A stretch of DNA of 33,758 bases, taken from Octopus bimaculoides (lineage: Eukaryota). The notes beneath the pieces were generated by a model. It saw nothing but the letters and a program-made list of their open reading frames with translations. It ran no database searches and had not been told where the DNA came from. The stretch covers positions 8,628,670 to 8,662,427 of the forward strand of contig NC_069002.1 of NCBI RefSeq assembly GCF_001194135.2. The letters are read 5' to 3'. Position numbers and translations under genes: made by a program. This document shows positions 9,691 to 20,084 of this stretch, in pieces; position 1 is the first letter of the stretch; the number at the start of each line of letters is the position of its first letter.

Positions 9691-10404
9691 CAACCGTAAG
9701 ATAATATTGTGTGTGTGTTCGTGCTTGTATGTTTGTATGTGTGTGTATACAAATATATAAATACATATGTCCATGTGAGCGTTTGTTTGTGTATACACCT
9801 AACTATATATGTATATACGTGTGTCTGGTTATGAGATTTTCTATGACTTTTACTTTCCGTTTAAGAAACAATCTGTTCAATGTATTGACATCTTTTACGT
9901 TTTACATTATGTATTTCTCAAAGTTAATTTGTTCGTTCAAGCATAAAGGGTAGTTCGATCCTAATCTCCATTACAAATTAATGGTATATTTATTAAGCCT
10001 GTCTCACTTTATAGTCACAGCAGTCGAGAAATATAAACCTCTGAGATGCAACGTTAATACCAAATGGTTCACTTCAAATATGCGATACAGATTTCTTTTG
10101 CCGACAACTTGTGACCGCATCATATCACATGTCATAGAAATTATGATATATGTGGAATGTCATGCAATTATCTTATTGATGGCGGACATTTAATCACTGA
10201 ATCGTATAATAAGAATCAGAAACATTTAACGTCTAAACATGCTCACCAGCTATGTGATCCCTCTACACACGCCAGAATTGCACCCAATATATTACTGATG
10301 TTTCGTTTTATCGAGCTAGGAAGCTTGAATAAAATTATCATCCAATTTTGATCAAATATTAAATCACTGGGCTAAACGTTAGCAATTCATATTGTATAAT
10401 ATAT

Positions 10405-10535
10405 GCTTAGCGGCATTTCGTTCGTCTTTATATTTTGAGTTCAAATTCGCTGAAGTCCTTCATTCTTTCGTTGGGTCAAAAAAATAAGTACCTACACCCA
10501 GCATTTCAGGCCTTGTGCCTATAATAGGAAGAATT
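10405..10535 (+). mobile_element. SINE family B, internally deleted, plus strand
   Basis: gcttagcggcatttcgttcgtctttatattttGAGTTCAAATTCgctgaag...aaataagtacc...atttcaggccttgtgcctataatagg. The B-box-like motif and the family 3' tail are present. Confidence 0.8.
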
Positions 10536-10669
10536 ACATATTTAGCATGGCTATTCATTATGATTGGTGTCCTATAGTGTAATCATTTGGTGAGCCACTC
10601 ACTAATCTATAGATTACTGGATCTAGTCCAGCTAGAGTCTCTGATGTTCTTTAAAAACAATTAATTGAT

Positions 10670-10760
10670 ACGGCAGAACTTGAGCTCGGAGCGTAAAGGC
10701 AGACGAAATGGCGCTAAACATTTCACACACCGTGCTATCGATTATGCAAGCTCAACCGTT
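10670..10760 (-). mobile_element. SINE family B, 5' fragment
   Basis: cggcagaacttgagctcggagcgtaaaggcagacgaaatggcgctaaacatttcacacaccgtgctatcgattatgcaagctc. Confidence 0.75.
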
Positions 10761-10797
10761 TTAGTAATAATAGTAATAATAACAACAATAATAATAA

Positions 10798-11022
10798 TCC
10801 TTTCTATTATTAGGCAAAAGGCCTGAAATTTTGTGGGGTGGGAGCAAGTCGATTATCTCGACCCCAGTACTCAACTGGTATTTATCTTATCGACCCCGAA
10901 AGCATGAAAGACAAAGTCGACGTCGATGGAATTTGAACGCAGAGTGTAAAGACAGCGCCGAAATACCGCTATGCAGCATTTCACCCGACATGCTATGCTA
11001 GCGATTTTGCCAGCTTGCTGCA
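10798..11022 (-). mobile_element. SINE family B, near full length with (ATT)n-like tail
   Basis: Best copy in the window: tail taggcaaaaggcctgaaattt, core gtcgattatctcgaccccagtactcaactggtatttatcttatcgaccccgaaag, head gcgattttgccagcttgctg. It is flanked by (AAT)n. Confidence 0.9.
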
Positions 11023-11189
11023 GTTAGTAATAAGAAGAAGAAGAAGAAAAAGAAAGAAGAAGAAGAAGAAGAAGAATTAAATTTAATTAGCTAATTAGTG
11101 ACAATTACATTTCATTTCGTTCAAGCATACAAAATATGAAATGTTAAAAGTAAGGGATGAGTTAGAAAATCGTGATGACAATAACCTGA

Positions 11190-11392
11190 TTACAATTCTT
11201 TCAATATTCAAACTATGGATTTGATTCCACACAGTCATGCGAATAAAGTTTATCAACTCCGCCACTTTGTAACTATATTCAAATCCATCAATAACACTTC
11301 ATTAACTCCGCTGGAAAGGCGTCAATTTGCTTTCAGCTTGGTCCAGGTTTATTTCAATGAATCGTAGAAGATACTACGAGTCAAAATCAGAT
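11190..11392 (+). repeat. Local repeat X, copy 1 (partial)
   Basis: ttgattccacacagtcatgcgaataaag...tttgtaactatattcaaatccatcaataac...ttaactccgctggaaag...aatgaatcgtagaag aligns with copies 2 and 3. Confidence 0.85.
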
Positions 11393-11550
11393 TACATCGA
11401 CACCAATATTTCTCGTGTTTCATCGACCACTGAGAGATGAAAACAAAGTTGACGTCGGTGGGATTTGAACGCTCTATATAAAGATTCGTAGGAAATGCTG
11501 GGATATATTTCTGTCCGACGTTTTAATGATTCGGAAAGCTGGCTGTCTTC
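11392..11550 (-). mobile_element. SINE family B, degenerate
   Basis: attacatcgacacc...catcgaccactgagagatgaaaacaaagttgacgtcggtgggatttgaac. Confidence 0.7.
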
Positions 11551-11610
11551 TTTTTCAACAATTGTAATGGCTTCAATTTTTTTTCGCAAAGATTCAAATT
11601 TTTTCACATT

Positions 11611-11775
11611 GGCTGAGACGTGGCTCTGTGCTAAGAGGCTTGCTTCCCAACCACATGGTTCCGGGTTCAGTCCCACTGCGTGGCACCTTGGGCAGTGTCT
11701 TCTACTGTAGCCGCGGGACGACGAAATCCTTCTGAATGGATTTGGTACACGGAAACTGAAACAAGCCCGTCATGT
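11611..11775 (+). mobile_element. SINE family A, 5' body
   Basis: ctaagaggcttgcttcccaaccacatggttccgggttcagtcccactgcgtggcaccttgggcagtgtcttctactgtagcc...ggaaactgaaacaagcccgtc. Confidence 0.9.
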
Positions 11776-12164
11776 ATTATAAAAAAATATGTATATATAT
11801 ATTTATGTTTAGGTAGTGGGTAGTGATTTTCTTCACTACTTCAGAGAGTGACGACCCTGCNNNNNNNNNNNNNNNNNNNNNNNNNNNNNNNNNNNNNNNN
11901 NNNNNNNNNNNNNNNNNNNNNNNNNNNNNNNNNNNNNNNNNNNNNNNNNNNNNNNNNNNNNNNNNNNNNNNNNNNNNNNNNNNNNNNNNNNNNNNNNNNN
12001 NNNNNNNNNNNNNNNNNNNNNNNNNNNNNNNNNNNNNNNNNNNNNNNNNNNNNNNNNNNNNNNNNNNNNNNNNNNNNNNNNNNNNNNNNNNNNNNNNNNN
12101 NNNNNNNNNNNNNNNNNNNNNNNNNNNNNNNNNNNNNNNNNNNNNTCAACTAGTACATGTTTTC

Positions 12165-12256
12165 CCAACTTCAGGTTTTAAACTAAGAACGTAAATACGT
12201 ACGAAACACCGGAAGGTATAATTGTCCAGTGTGCTAAAGATTCTACCAGCTCACTG
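12165..12256 (-). mobile_element. SINE family B, 5' fragment, degenerate
   Basis: ttttaaactaagaacgtaaatacgtacgaaacaccgg...gtccagtgtgctaaagattctaccagctcactg. Confidence 0.65.
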
Positions 12257-12281
12257 TTTTCTTTTAAAAAAAAACAATAAC

Positions 12282-12850
12282 AATAGAAATATCATTATTT
12301 CAATAATTCAGGCTACTTCATTGATTCCATACAGTGATGCAAATAAATTTTATTAACTCTGCCAGTTTGTAACTATATTCAATTCTATCAATATCAGCTC
12401 GTTAACTCTGCTGGAAATATGTCAACTTTCTTTCATCAATCCCCTAGTTTAGTTAAATGAATCGTAGAAGTCACTGAGTGTCAAAGTCAGAGATTAAATC
12501 GGTTTCAGAATATCTGAAGTAAATAGAATTCAACCAAGTGTTTCATAGAAGGTAAATATTGCATGTTACGTATTATACATTACATATTATATATACATAT
12601 ATGGTATTGTCTTTAACATATCGGATTAGACTCTACCATCTGATTATTGTTGTACTTCAAATGGCTGATATGACAGCATTTGTTATACATTTTTCTTCTT
12701 TCAAGTTAGATAGGTTAGAGAATATTATTTTGATATTTAAATTTTTGTTCATATTTTCTATTCTCTGGTGAAAATGTAAGAAAACGGGCAAATAAACTTT
12801 TAAAATTCTTAAATAAGGATAGAGACAAGAATAAATAAAATCATCAGATG
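12282..12850 (+). repeat. Local repeat X, copy 2
   Basis: Colinear over ~570 bp with the reverse complement of 16938-17527. The core 12320-12535 is roughly 88-90% identical by hand alignment. Confidence 0.9.
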
Positions 12851-12924
12851 CGATGTAGGTTATAGAGTAATAAATGAATGCATCTACTATAGACACAAAC
12901 ATTGGAACATTGAAGAAAGAGGAT

Positions 12925-13065
12925 AGTCGATTATACCGACCCCAGCATTCGACTGGTACTTACATATCCACCAAGAATGAAAGGCAAAGTCGACCTCGAC
13001 GGAATATGAACCGAGAGCATAAAAACGGATCAAATGCGGCTAAGCGTCTTGTCCGGTGAACTAAT
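12925..13065 (-). mobile_element. SINE family B
   Basis: gtcgattataccgaccccagcattcgactggtactta...aatgaaaggcaaagtcgacctcgacggaatatgaac. Confidence 0.85.
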
Positions 13066-13074
13066 AAAAGGTTA

Positions 13075-13345
13075 GGGTTGTAGTGGTGGTGCTGATGACG
13101 TAGATTGCAATGATGATGATGATGATGATGATGAAGAAGAAGAGGAGGTTGGTGATGATGACGATGAAGATGATGATAATGCTGATGATGTTAATGATGT
13201 TGTCTGTTGTAGTGATGGTGTTGGTAGCGTTGGTGGTGGCCACGACGCTGATGATAATCCTGATGACAATATGCAACGTCGTTAATAATAAGAATGATTT
13301 CTGATGATAGGGCAAATGGCAAGAAATTATGTGGTGGTGGTGGTA
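13075..13345. repeat. (GAT)n/(GTG)n trinucleotide low-complexity tract
   Basis: Directly visible; it produces the poly-M, poly-S and poly-I ORFs. Confidence 0.9.
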
Positions 13346-14479
13346 CAGTGGGGCTTAGCAATTGAGAGTTTTATAAAAACCGAGACAAAAATATAGACTT
13401 TATATTTCTTTTATAAGTTCTTCCTTGTGTTTCATTCACTGATTCAACCAGGCACGGCTCGCATGCGGCCCAAAGGGATTTCTTGAGAGGGCACCCAACG
13501 AAAACTACCTTCAAATTTTTAGGAGTGAAGGCTCTTCGAAGATTCAGTTCTGATTTCACCAATGTTTTTATTATTTTGTTGATAGTTTTATTTTTGTTGT
13601 TGATCTTGCCGTTGTTGTTGTTGCTGTACCCACAACTGCTACTCATGTTGAATACTCTTCAGAATCAGAACAAAACAAGATTTTTTCCTATCTGACGTTT
13701 TTCATCGTTACCATAGTTACATCAGTTGTGGTATTAGTAAAACATTGATGCATTCATTGCTCCGCCTCCCCCCCCCTCTCTCTCTCTCTTTTCTGATGAA
13801 ACAGCTTTACATTCCCTGTGAGTTACACCACCGAGAGTTGAACATTATTACGGCTTCAAAAACGTCCACGTTATCTTTTTTTTTTTTGTTTGTTTTCAAA
13901 TAAAACAGACAGTTTTGCTAAACTAAATGACAAGTCAGTCATTTCTACACTGGAATTCAGGTAAAAACAAAACAAAAACCTCGCTGAAATGAATCAGTTT
14001 TGGTCTTCGACTGAGATTACAAAATTTTAAAGTCAAATATATTGTAGTTCGGATGAAAACTGAAAGCATAAGAGAATTCTACAGATAGAAGACTGGGCGT
14101 ACACTTAACGTCATTATTGATGATAATGATAATAATAATATTAATTATTATCAATTCAATAATGTAACCCACATAAAACCATCAACAAACAAAAGACACA
14201 CTCTATATAGCAAATATGCAATAAAATAAACAACCACTAGCAGGCTTGGAACCCAACACATTACCCACACAACATGCAATATAAACACTAATACAAAAAA
14301 GCACTACACCAGACCCCATCACTAAAGAAACTGACGCAATGCAACACCGTGAAGAGCTTACTCTCACTCAAAGCCAAAAATTGAATACAAAATGGTGTAC
14401 ACACTCCGCAACAAGGTGGAGGTGCAGACGTTGATGTCGTAGAAATTCGCCTGAAACTGACAAATGTTGAATAATGGTA

Positions 14480-15706
14480 GAAAGAAGAAGAACAACAACA
14501 ACAAAAAGAACAAGAACAACAAGAACAACAGCAAGTGGAGGGTAAGGGGTAGAAGAAGAAGAAGAAGAAGAACAACAACAACAACAAGCGGAGGGGCAGG
14601 AGTGGAAGAAGAAGAACAACAACAACAACAAGAAGAACAAGAACAAGAACAACAGCAAGTGGAGGGTAAGGGGTAGAAGAAGAAGAACAACAACAACAAG
14701 TCGAAGGTAAGGGGTAGAAGAAGAACAACAACNNNNNNNNNNNNNNNNNNNNNNNNNNNNNNNNNNNNNNNNNNNNNNNNNNNNNNNNNNNNNNNNNNNN
14801 NNNNNNNNNNNNNNNNNNNNNNNNNNNNNNNNNNNNNNNNNNNNNNNNNNNNNNNNNNNNNNNNNNNNNNNNNNNNNNNNNNNNNNNNNNNNNNNNNNNN
14901 NNNNNNNNNNNNNNNNNNNNNNNNNNNNNNNNNNNNNNNNNNNNNNNNNNNNNNNNNNNNNNNNNNNNNNNNNNNNNNNNNNNNNNNNNNNNNNNNNNNN
15001 NNNNNNNNNNNNNNNNNNNNNNNNNNNNNNNNNNNNNNNNNNNNNNNNNNNNNNNNNNNNNNNNNNNNNNNNNNNNNNNNNNNNNNNNNNNNNNNNNNNN
15101 NNNNNNNNNNNNNNNNNNNNNNNNNNNNNNNNNNNNNNNNNNNNNNNNNNNNNNNNNNNNNNNNNNNNNNNNNNNNNNNNNNNNNNNNNNNNNNNNNNNN
15201 NNNNNNNNNNNNNNNNNNNNNNNNNNNNNNNNNNNNNNNNNNNNNNNNNNNNNNNNNNNNNNNNNNNNNNNNNNNNNNNNNNNNNNNNNNNNNNNNNNNN
15301 NNNNNNNNNNNNNNNNNNNNNNNNNNNNNNNNNNNNNNNNNNNNNNNNNNNNNNNNNNNNNNNNNNNNNNNNNNNNNNNNNNNNNNNNNNNNNNNNNNNN
15401 NNNNNNNNNNNNNNNNNNNNNNNNNNNNNNNNNNNNNNNNNNNNNNNNNNNNNNNNNNNNNNNNNNNNNNNNNNNNNNNNNNNNNNNNNNNNNNNNNNNN
15501 NNNNNNNNNNNNNNNNNNNNNNNNNNNNNNNNNNNNNNNNNNNNNNNNNNNNNNNNNNNNNNNNNNNNNNNNNNNNNNNNNNNNNGGAGGGGCAGGAGTG
15601 GAAGAAGAAGAAGAAGAAGAACAACAACAACAACAACAACAACAAGCGGAGGGGCAGGAGTGGAAGAAGAAGAAGAACAACAACAACAACAACAACAACA
15701 ACAACG
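14480..15706. repeat. Higher-order minisatellite of (AAG)n(AAC)n blocks separated by G-rich spacers, spanning an 853-N gap (14733-15585)
   Basis: The spacers agcaagtggagggtaaggggt and agcggaggggcaggagtgga recur between AAG/AAC runs. The second spacer occurs on both sides of the gap. Confidence 0.9.
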
Positions 15707-16125
15707 AAAATACTGCAACAAAAAGGATGTTTTTATTCCTTAATTTTGATAAAGCTGGATTTGATTCTGATAAATCTTCGTCGTTTCTTGTTCCTTCTGC
15801 ACTGTTCAGATTCATTGTTGTAGTTGTTGTAGTTGTTCCTGCTAGAGTTGTTATCACCGCGCTCTCGTTGTTATGTACCTGTATGGGAAATATCTGATCC
15901 TTCTAGAGTGTATTAAACCGTATTATGGTGTTATAAAAGGAATTACTTCATGTCATAATTCAAGCCGTTCGTTTGGAAAATTGTTAATCTGCGATAGATT
16001 AAATACACCTTTTTTGTTTGGGATTGGGTGGAGAGGGGTGTGGTAGGGTGGGGAGGAGGGTTCATGCACATTATCTGGTTAATAAACATTCCCAACGTGC
16101 AAGGAATATTAGTTTTATCTCTTTT

Positions 16126-16129
<4 letters not shown>

Positions 16130-16172
<43 letters not shown>

Positions 16173-16442
16173 GTATATGCATATATATATACATATATAT
16201 GTATACGTACATATATGAATGTATATGTGTATATATATATATTTATATGTGTGTATATATATATATGTATATATATATTATAAATGTGTATGTGTGTGTA
16301 TATATATATATCTATATATATGAATATATATGTACATATATCTATATATATGTGTGCGTGTATTTATATCTATATATATACGTATATATATATATGTGTG
16401 TCTGTGTATGTATATATATATGTGTGTGTGTGTGTATATATA
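16130..16442. repeat. (TA)n/(TG)n compound microsatellite ending at an N gap
   Basis: Directly visible. Confidence 0.95.
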
Positions 16443-16833
16443 NNNNNNNNNNNNNNNNNNNNNNNNNNNNNNNNNNNNNNNNNNNNNNNNNNNNNNNNNN
16501 NNNNNNNNNNNNNNNNNNNNNNNNNNNNNNNNNNNNNNNNNNNNNNNNNNNNNNNNNNNNNNNNNNNNNNNNNNNNNNNNNNNNNNNNNNNNNNNNNNNN
16601 NNNNNNNNNNNNNNNNNNNNNNNNNNNNNNNNNNNNNNNNNNNNNNNNNNNNNNNNNNNNNNNNNNNNNNNNNNNNNNNNNNNNNNNNNNNNNNNNNNNN
16701 NNNNNNNNNNNNNNNNNNNNNNGGGGAACGGTGAGAGAATAGCAGATGAACCTCTCTGGTTAATTCTTTCTACTACAAAGAATCGGAAGCCATTATCCAT
16801 AACGGAATTTTACCAAGAAGTATAAAGAGTATG

Positions 16834-16865
<32 letters not shown>

Positions 16866-16937
16866 TCTAGTTTCCGTTTTCGTATTATTATATATCATTA
16901 TCAACACACCCATTTTTCATTTCATAATCTAGAATGG

Positions 16938-17527
16938 ATCTGATATATTTATTCATTCATGCTTCTATCTTCATTTCAGAACTTTTAAATCTATATTTGT
17001 TCATTTTGTTTTCGTTTATTTTCACCAGAGAATAGAATATATACGAACAAAACTTTAAACATTAAAAAAAGCTATTGTCTAATCTATCAAACTTGAAAGA
17101 AGAAAAAATGTATATCAGACGCTGTCATGTCAGCCATTTTAACTTTAATAATAACCACGCTGAAGAGTTTAGTCTGTTCTGTTGAAAACAGTACCATATA
17201 TGTAATATGTAATATGAAATACTTACCTTCCGCTGCTTTAGTCTTACACTCATCATTGCCATGAGGCAGTTGGTTGAATTCAATTTTCTTCAAATATTCT
17301 GAAACCGATTTAATCTCTGTCTTTGACACTTAGTGACTTCTACGATTCATTTAACTGAACTAGGGCATGGATGAAAGAAAGTTGACATCTTTCCAGCAGA
17401 GTTAACGAGCTGTTATTGATGGAACTGAATATAGTTACAAACTAGCATAGTTGATAAAAATTTTTTATTCGCATGACGGTATGGAATCAAAGAAATAGCT
17501 TGAGATATTGAAATAATTGTATTTCCA
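16938..17527 (-). repeat. Local repeat X, copy 3 (inverted, most complete)
   Basis: Reverse complement matches 12282-12850. It carries ~30 extra bases before GAAG|gtaagt that are missing from copy 2. Confidence 0.9.
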
Positions 17528-17547
17528 TTAATACAGTTGAAAAAGAA

Positions 17548-17655
17548 GGCGGTGATCTAGCAGAATCGATTGCACGTTGGGTGATATGCTTAGCGGAAAT
17601 GTGTCCGTCTCTGCTGGTCTGAGTTCAAACTCCGCTGGGACCCACTTTGCATCAA
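17548..17655 (+). mobile_element. SINE family B, 5' head
   Basis: ggcggtgatctagcagaatcgattgcacg...tgcttagcggaaatgtgtccgtct...GAGTTCAAACTCCgctggg. A-box-like and B-box-like motifs are present. Confidence 0.8.
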
Positions 17656-17721
17656 ATGTTGGAAAGCAACAACAACAAAAAAAAAACAGTAGTAAAATAA
17701 AGCAAAAGAAAAATGACCACA

Positions 17722-17863
17722 TATGGTTATATGGTTCAGAAGCTCGATTGGCAACTACGTAATTTCGGGTTCAATCCTATTGCATAGGACCTTGGACAAG
17801 TGTTATTTTCAATAGCTTTAGCTATTGACCAATGCTTGGAAAGTGAATTTTGGAGACAGAAAC
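17722..17863 (+). mobile_element. SINE family A, degenerate, truncated by N gap
   Basis: ttcgggttcaatcctattgcataggaccttggacaagtgtt...gaccaatgcttggaaagtgaattttggagacagaaac. Confidence 0.7.
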
Positions 17864-17924
17864 NNNNNNNNNNNNNNNNNNNNNNNNNNNNNNNGTGTGT
17901 GTGTGTATGTGTGTGTGTGTGAGG

Positions 17925-18321
17925 TACGTGCCGTCAGTAATTTCTCAGGGTAGGCAGGTAGTGACCTTTATGTTGTAAAACGCACAAAAAATAAGCGAAA
18001 CAGCTGCGTGACCGATTCGAAGGCAGATTTACTTCTGCCTTTATAGCACGTAAAAAAACGTTGTTGTAGTAATGTACACAGCACGTGAACTACCGCAGTA
18101 CTGTGCGTAGCTGAACTATTGAGACTGAAAGGTAGGGGCAAATTATGCCCACCTGATCTACAAAAAAATAAAACATCTTGCATTTTATGCAGAGTAACCT
18201 TCACAATTTTTTTTTTGAATTAGGTGCATATTTTGCCATAAAAGGAAAATGTTGGTATCGATTTATTTTATTCAAGGTACGCACTACCAACCCTCCCTAC
18301 CTAGGCTCTACATCCCCCGTA
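17925..18321. mobile_element. Possible old Tc1/mariner-type MITE
   Basis: TACG at the left end and CGTA at the right end, with weak terminal similarity (cagggtaggcaggtagtg vs reverse complement ctaggtagggagggttggtagtg). No transposase translation was found. Confidence 0.25.
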
Positions 18322-18354
18322 TGTATGAATATATGTATGTATGTATATGTGAGC

Positions 18355-18550
18355 GTGCGTCTGTGTGTGTGTTCATGTAGCGTTGTACTTCCGTTGATCC
18401 CCCACCATCTTTTAGCAGCCAGTGTTAGCATTTATATATATTCATAAATTAGCGACAGATTTATTATTGGGGGTCGATTTCTTTGACTAAAAGCTTTCAA
18501 CGTGGTGCTCTAACGTGGCCACAGTCGAATGGCTGAAACATGTAAATCAT
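18355..18550 (+). mobile_element. SINE family A, 3' body
   Basis: tgggggtcgatttctttgactaaaag...gtggtgctctaacgtggccacagtcgaatggctgaaacatgtaaa aligns with 1280-1360. Confidence 0.7.
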
Positions 18551-18894
18551 AAAATGGTAAAAAAACAAACAAACAAACACTAATAAATTCCATCACACGG
18601 ACAGATGCAATTTAACAATGTCCTTTGCTCCTCTTAATTATCCTTTTTGCATAACTTCGTAGCCCAGGTCCAATGGACAGTTTCTTTTCTTGTTCTAGCA
18701 TATCTGTTCTTCTGTCTCATACCTAACATTTGTATCCGAAGCTCCCCACCTCTCGTCTGCCAACCTTCTGGCGTCCCTTTTCCGCTCATTTTCTTTTACA
18801 GGTATCGACTTACGCATAATCAAATATCGATTATGTGACTATCGATTTTAACCATGTCGCCAGTCGAGGAGTAATTTTCTACGTTATGAACACA

Positions 18895-18930
<36 letters not shown>

Positions 18931-19425
18931 CTCTTTCTCTCACTCACTCTATCAATCACCCTCCCACTCCATTTCTCTCACTATCTATCTATCTATCTAT
19001 CTATCTCTGTTTCTTTTATTATCTCTTCCTCTCTCTCTTTCCACCTCTCTCCTCTTTCATTCTCTCTTTCTCTTACTATCTTTCACTCTCTCCTCCATTC
19101 TCTCTCTTTCTCTTACTATCTTTCACTCTCTCCTCCTCTTACTATCTTTCAGTGTCTTTCCCTCGCTGTCTTTCTCTTGCCGTCTTTCTCTGTGTTCTCA
19201 TCCTTTTCTATATTTTCCTTATTCTTCCTCTTCTACATCCTCTCTCTCACTCGCTCATTGTCTCTCACTCTCATTTCCTTCTTTCCTCGGTTTTCTATTT
19301 CCTTTTGTCTCTCTACCGCTCTCGCTCTCTCTCTCTCTCTCTCTCTTTTTTTTTCTGTCTCCCTTTGTCTCTCCTGCACTGTCTCTTTTTCTCACCCTCT
19401 TTTCTTGTCTCTCAGTCTCCCTGAT
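18895..19425. repeat. Long CT-rich polypyrimidine tract with an internal 40-bp-period tandem duplication
   Basis: ctctctttctcttactatctttcactctctcctcc occurs at ~19062 and ~19102, with a partial third copy at ~19137. Confidence 0.9.
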
Positions 19426-19945
19426 AAATCACACACAAAACACACCAAATTATATACAGACAAACAAAATATCTACCTTACCATTCTCACCATATGAATG
19501 CCATAAAAACTGGCCCTCGCCTCCTCCCCTCTCTCTCTCTTTCTCTGCCATGATTCTACAAAATACACACGCACACACATACACACAAACAAACACGCAC
19601 ACACACCCATACACAAATAGTCCACTGATTCATGAATTTATGTTACTCATATTCCAGCCCAAATATCTATCCCTGTGACGCATTTGAAATACGTCGCAGA
19701 CATATTTTAACTAAACTGAACTTTTCATATATATATAAATGTTTGTTTTTATGTTCAGTTATAATGAAAACAATCTTACATTAAGCTGATGGACAACTAT
19801 GATTTTGTAGGGTACAGATTTATTGGTCTTAAACAAGAGTGTTGTTGACACAGACGTAGATGATTCAACCAGATAAGCCATCGTGACAGCCATTGTCAGA
19901 ATCTTCGAAGTCACACTCAACAACATATTGTGTGTGTGTATGTAT

Positions 19946-19976
<31 letters not shown>

Positions 19977-20084
19977 CATATATAAATAATTATCAGTGGC
20001 GTGCACTAGAGGTATGCAGGCCAAGCATTGCATGCCCTTTTGTTTTTTTTTTTCATATAAAACCCAAATTAAATTCAAAAAAGT

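Noticed and set aside
10565-10640. tRNA-like sequence (ggtgtcctatagtgtaat...ggatctagtcc)
   Set aside because: The B-box is degenerate and the acceptor stem does not close. At best it is a decayed SINE head.
13072-13315. Poly-S, poly-M and poly-I ORFs
   Set aside because: They derive from a (GAT)n-type trinucleotide tract, with no splice or homology support.
13450-13500. gcatgcggccc motif reminiscent of hAT/Charlie subterminal repeats
   Set aside because: Too short, with no TIR partner or TSD found.
14480-15706. Repeat-spacer pattern superficially like a CRISPR array
   Set aside because: The intervening sequences are AAG/AAC microsatellites rather than unique spacers, the context is eukaryotic, and there are no cas genes.
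18020-18041. 8-bp hairpin aaggcaga-tttact-tctgcctt resembling an intrinsic terminator
   Set aside because: Bacterial terminators are not relevant in this eukaryotic context, and a stem this short is expected by chance.
18835-19497. 220-aa L/S/F-rich ORF that looks like a membrane protein
   Set aside because: It is a translation of the CT-rich tract.
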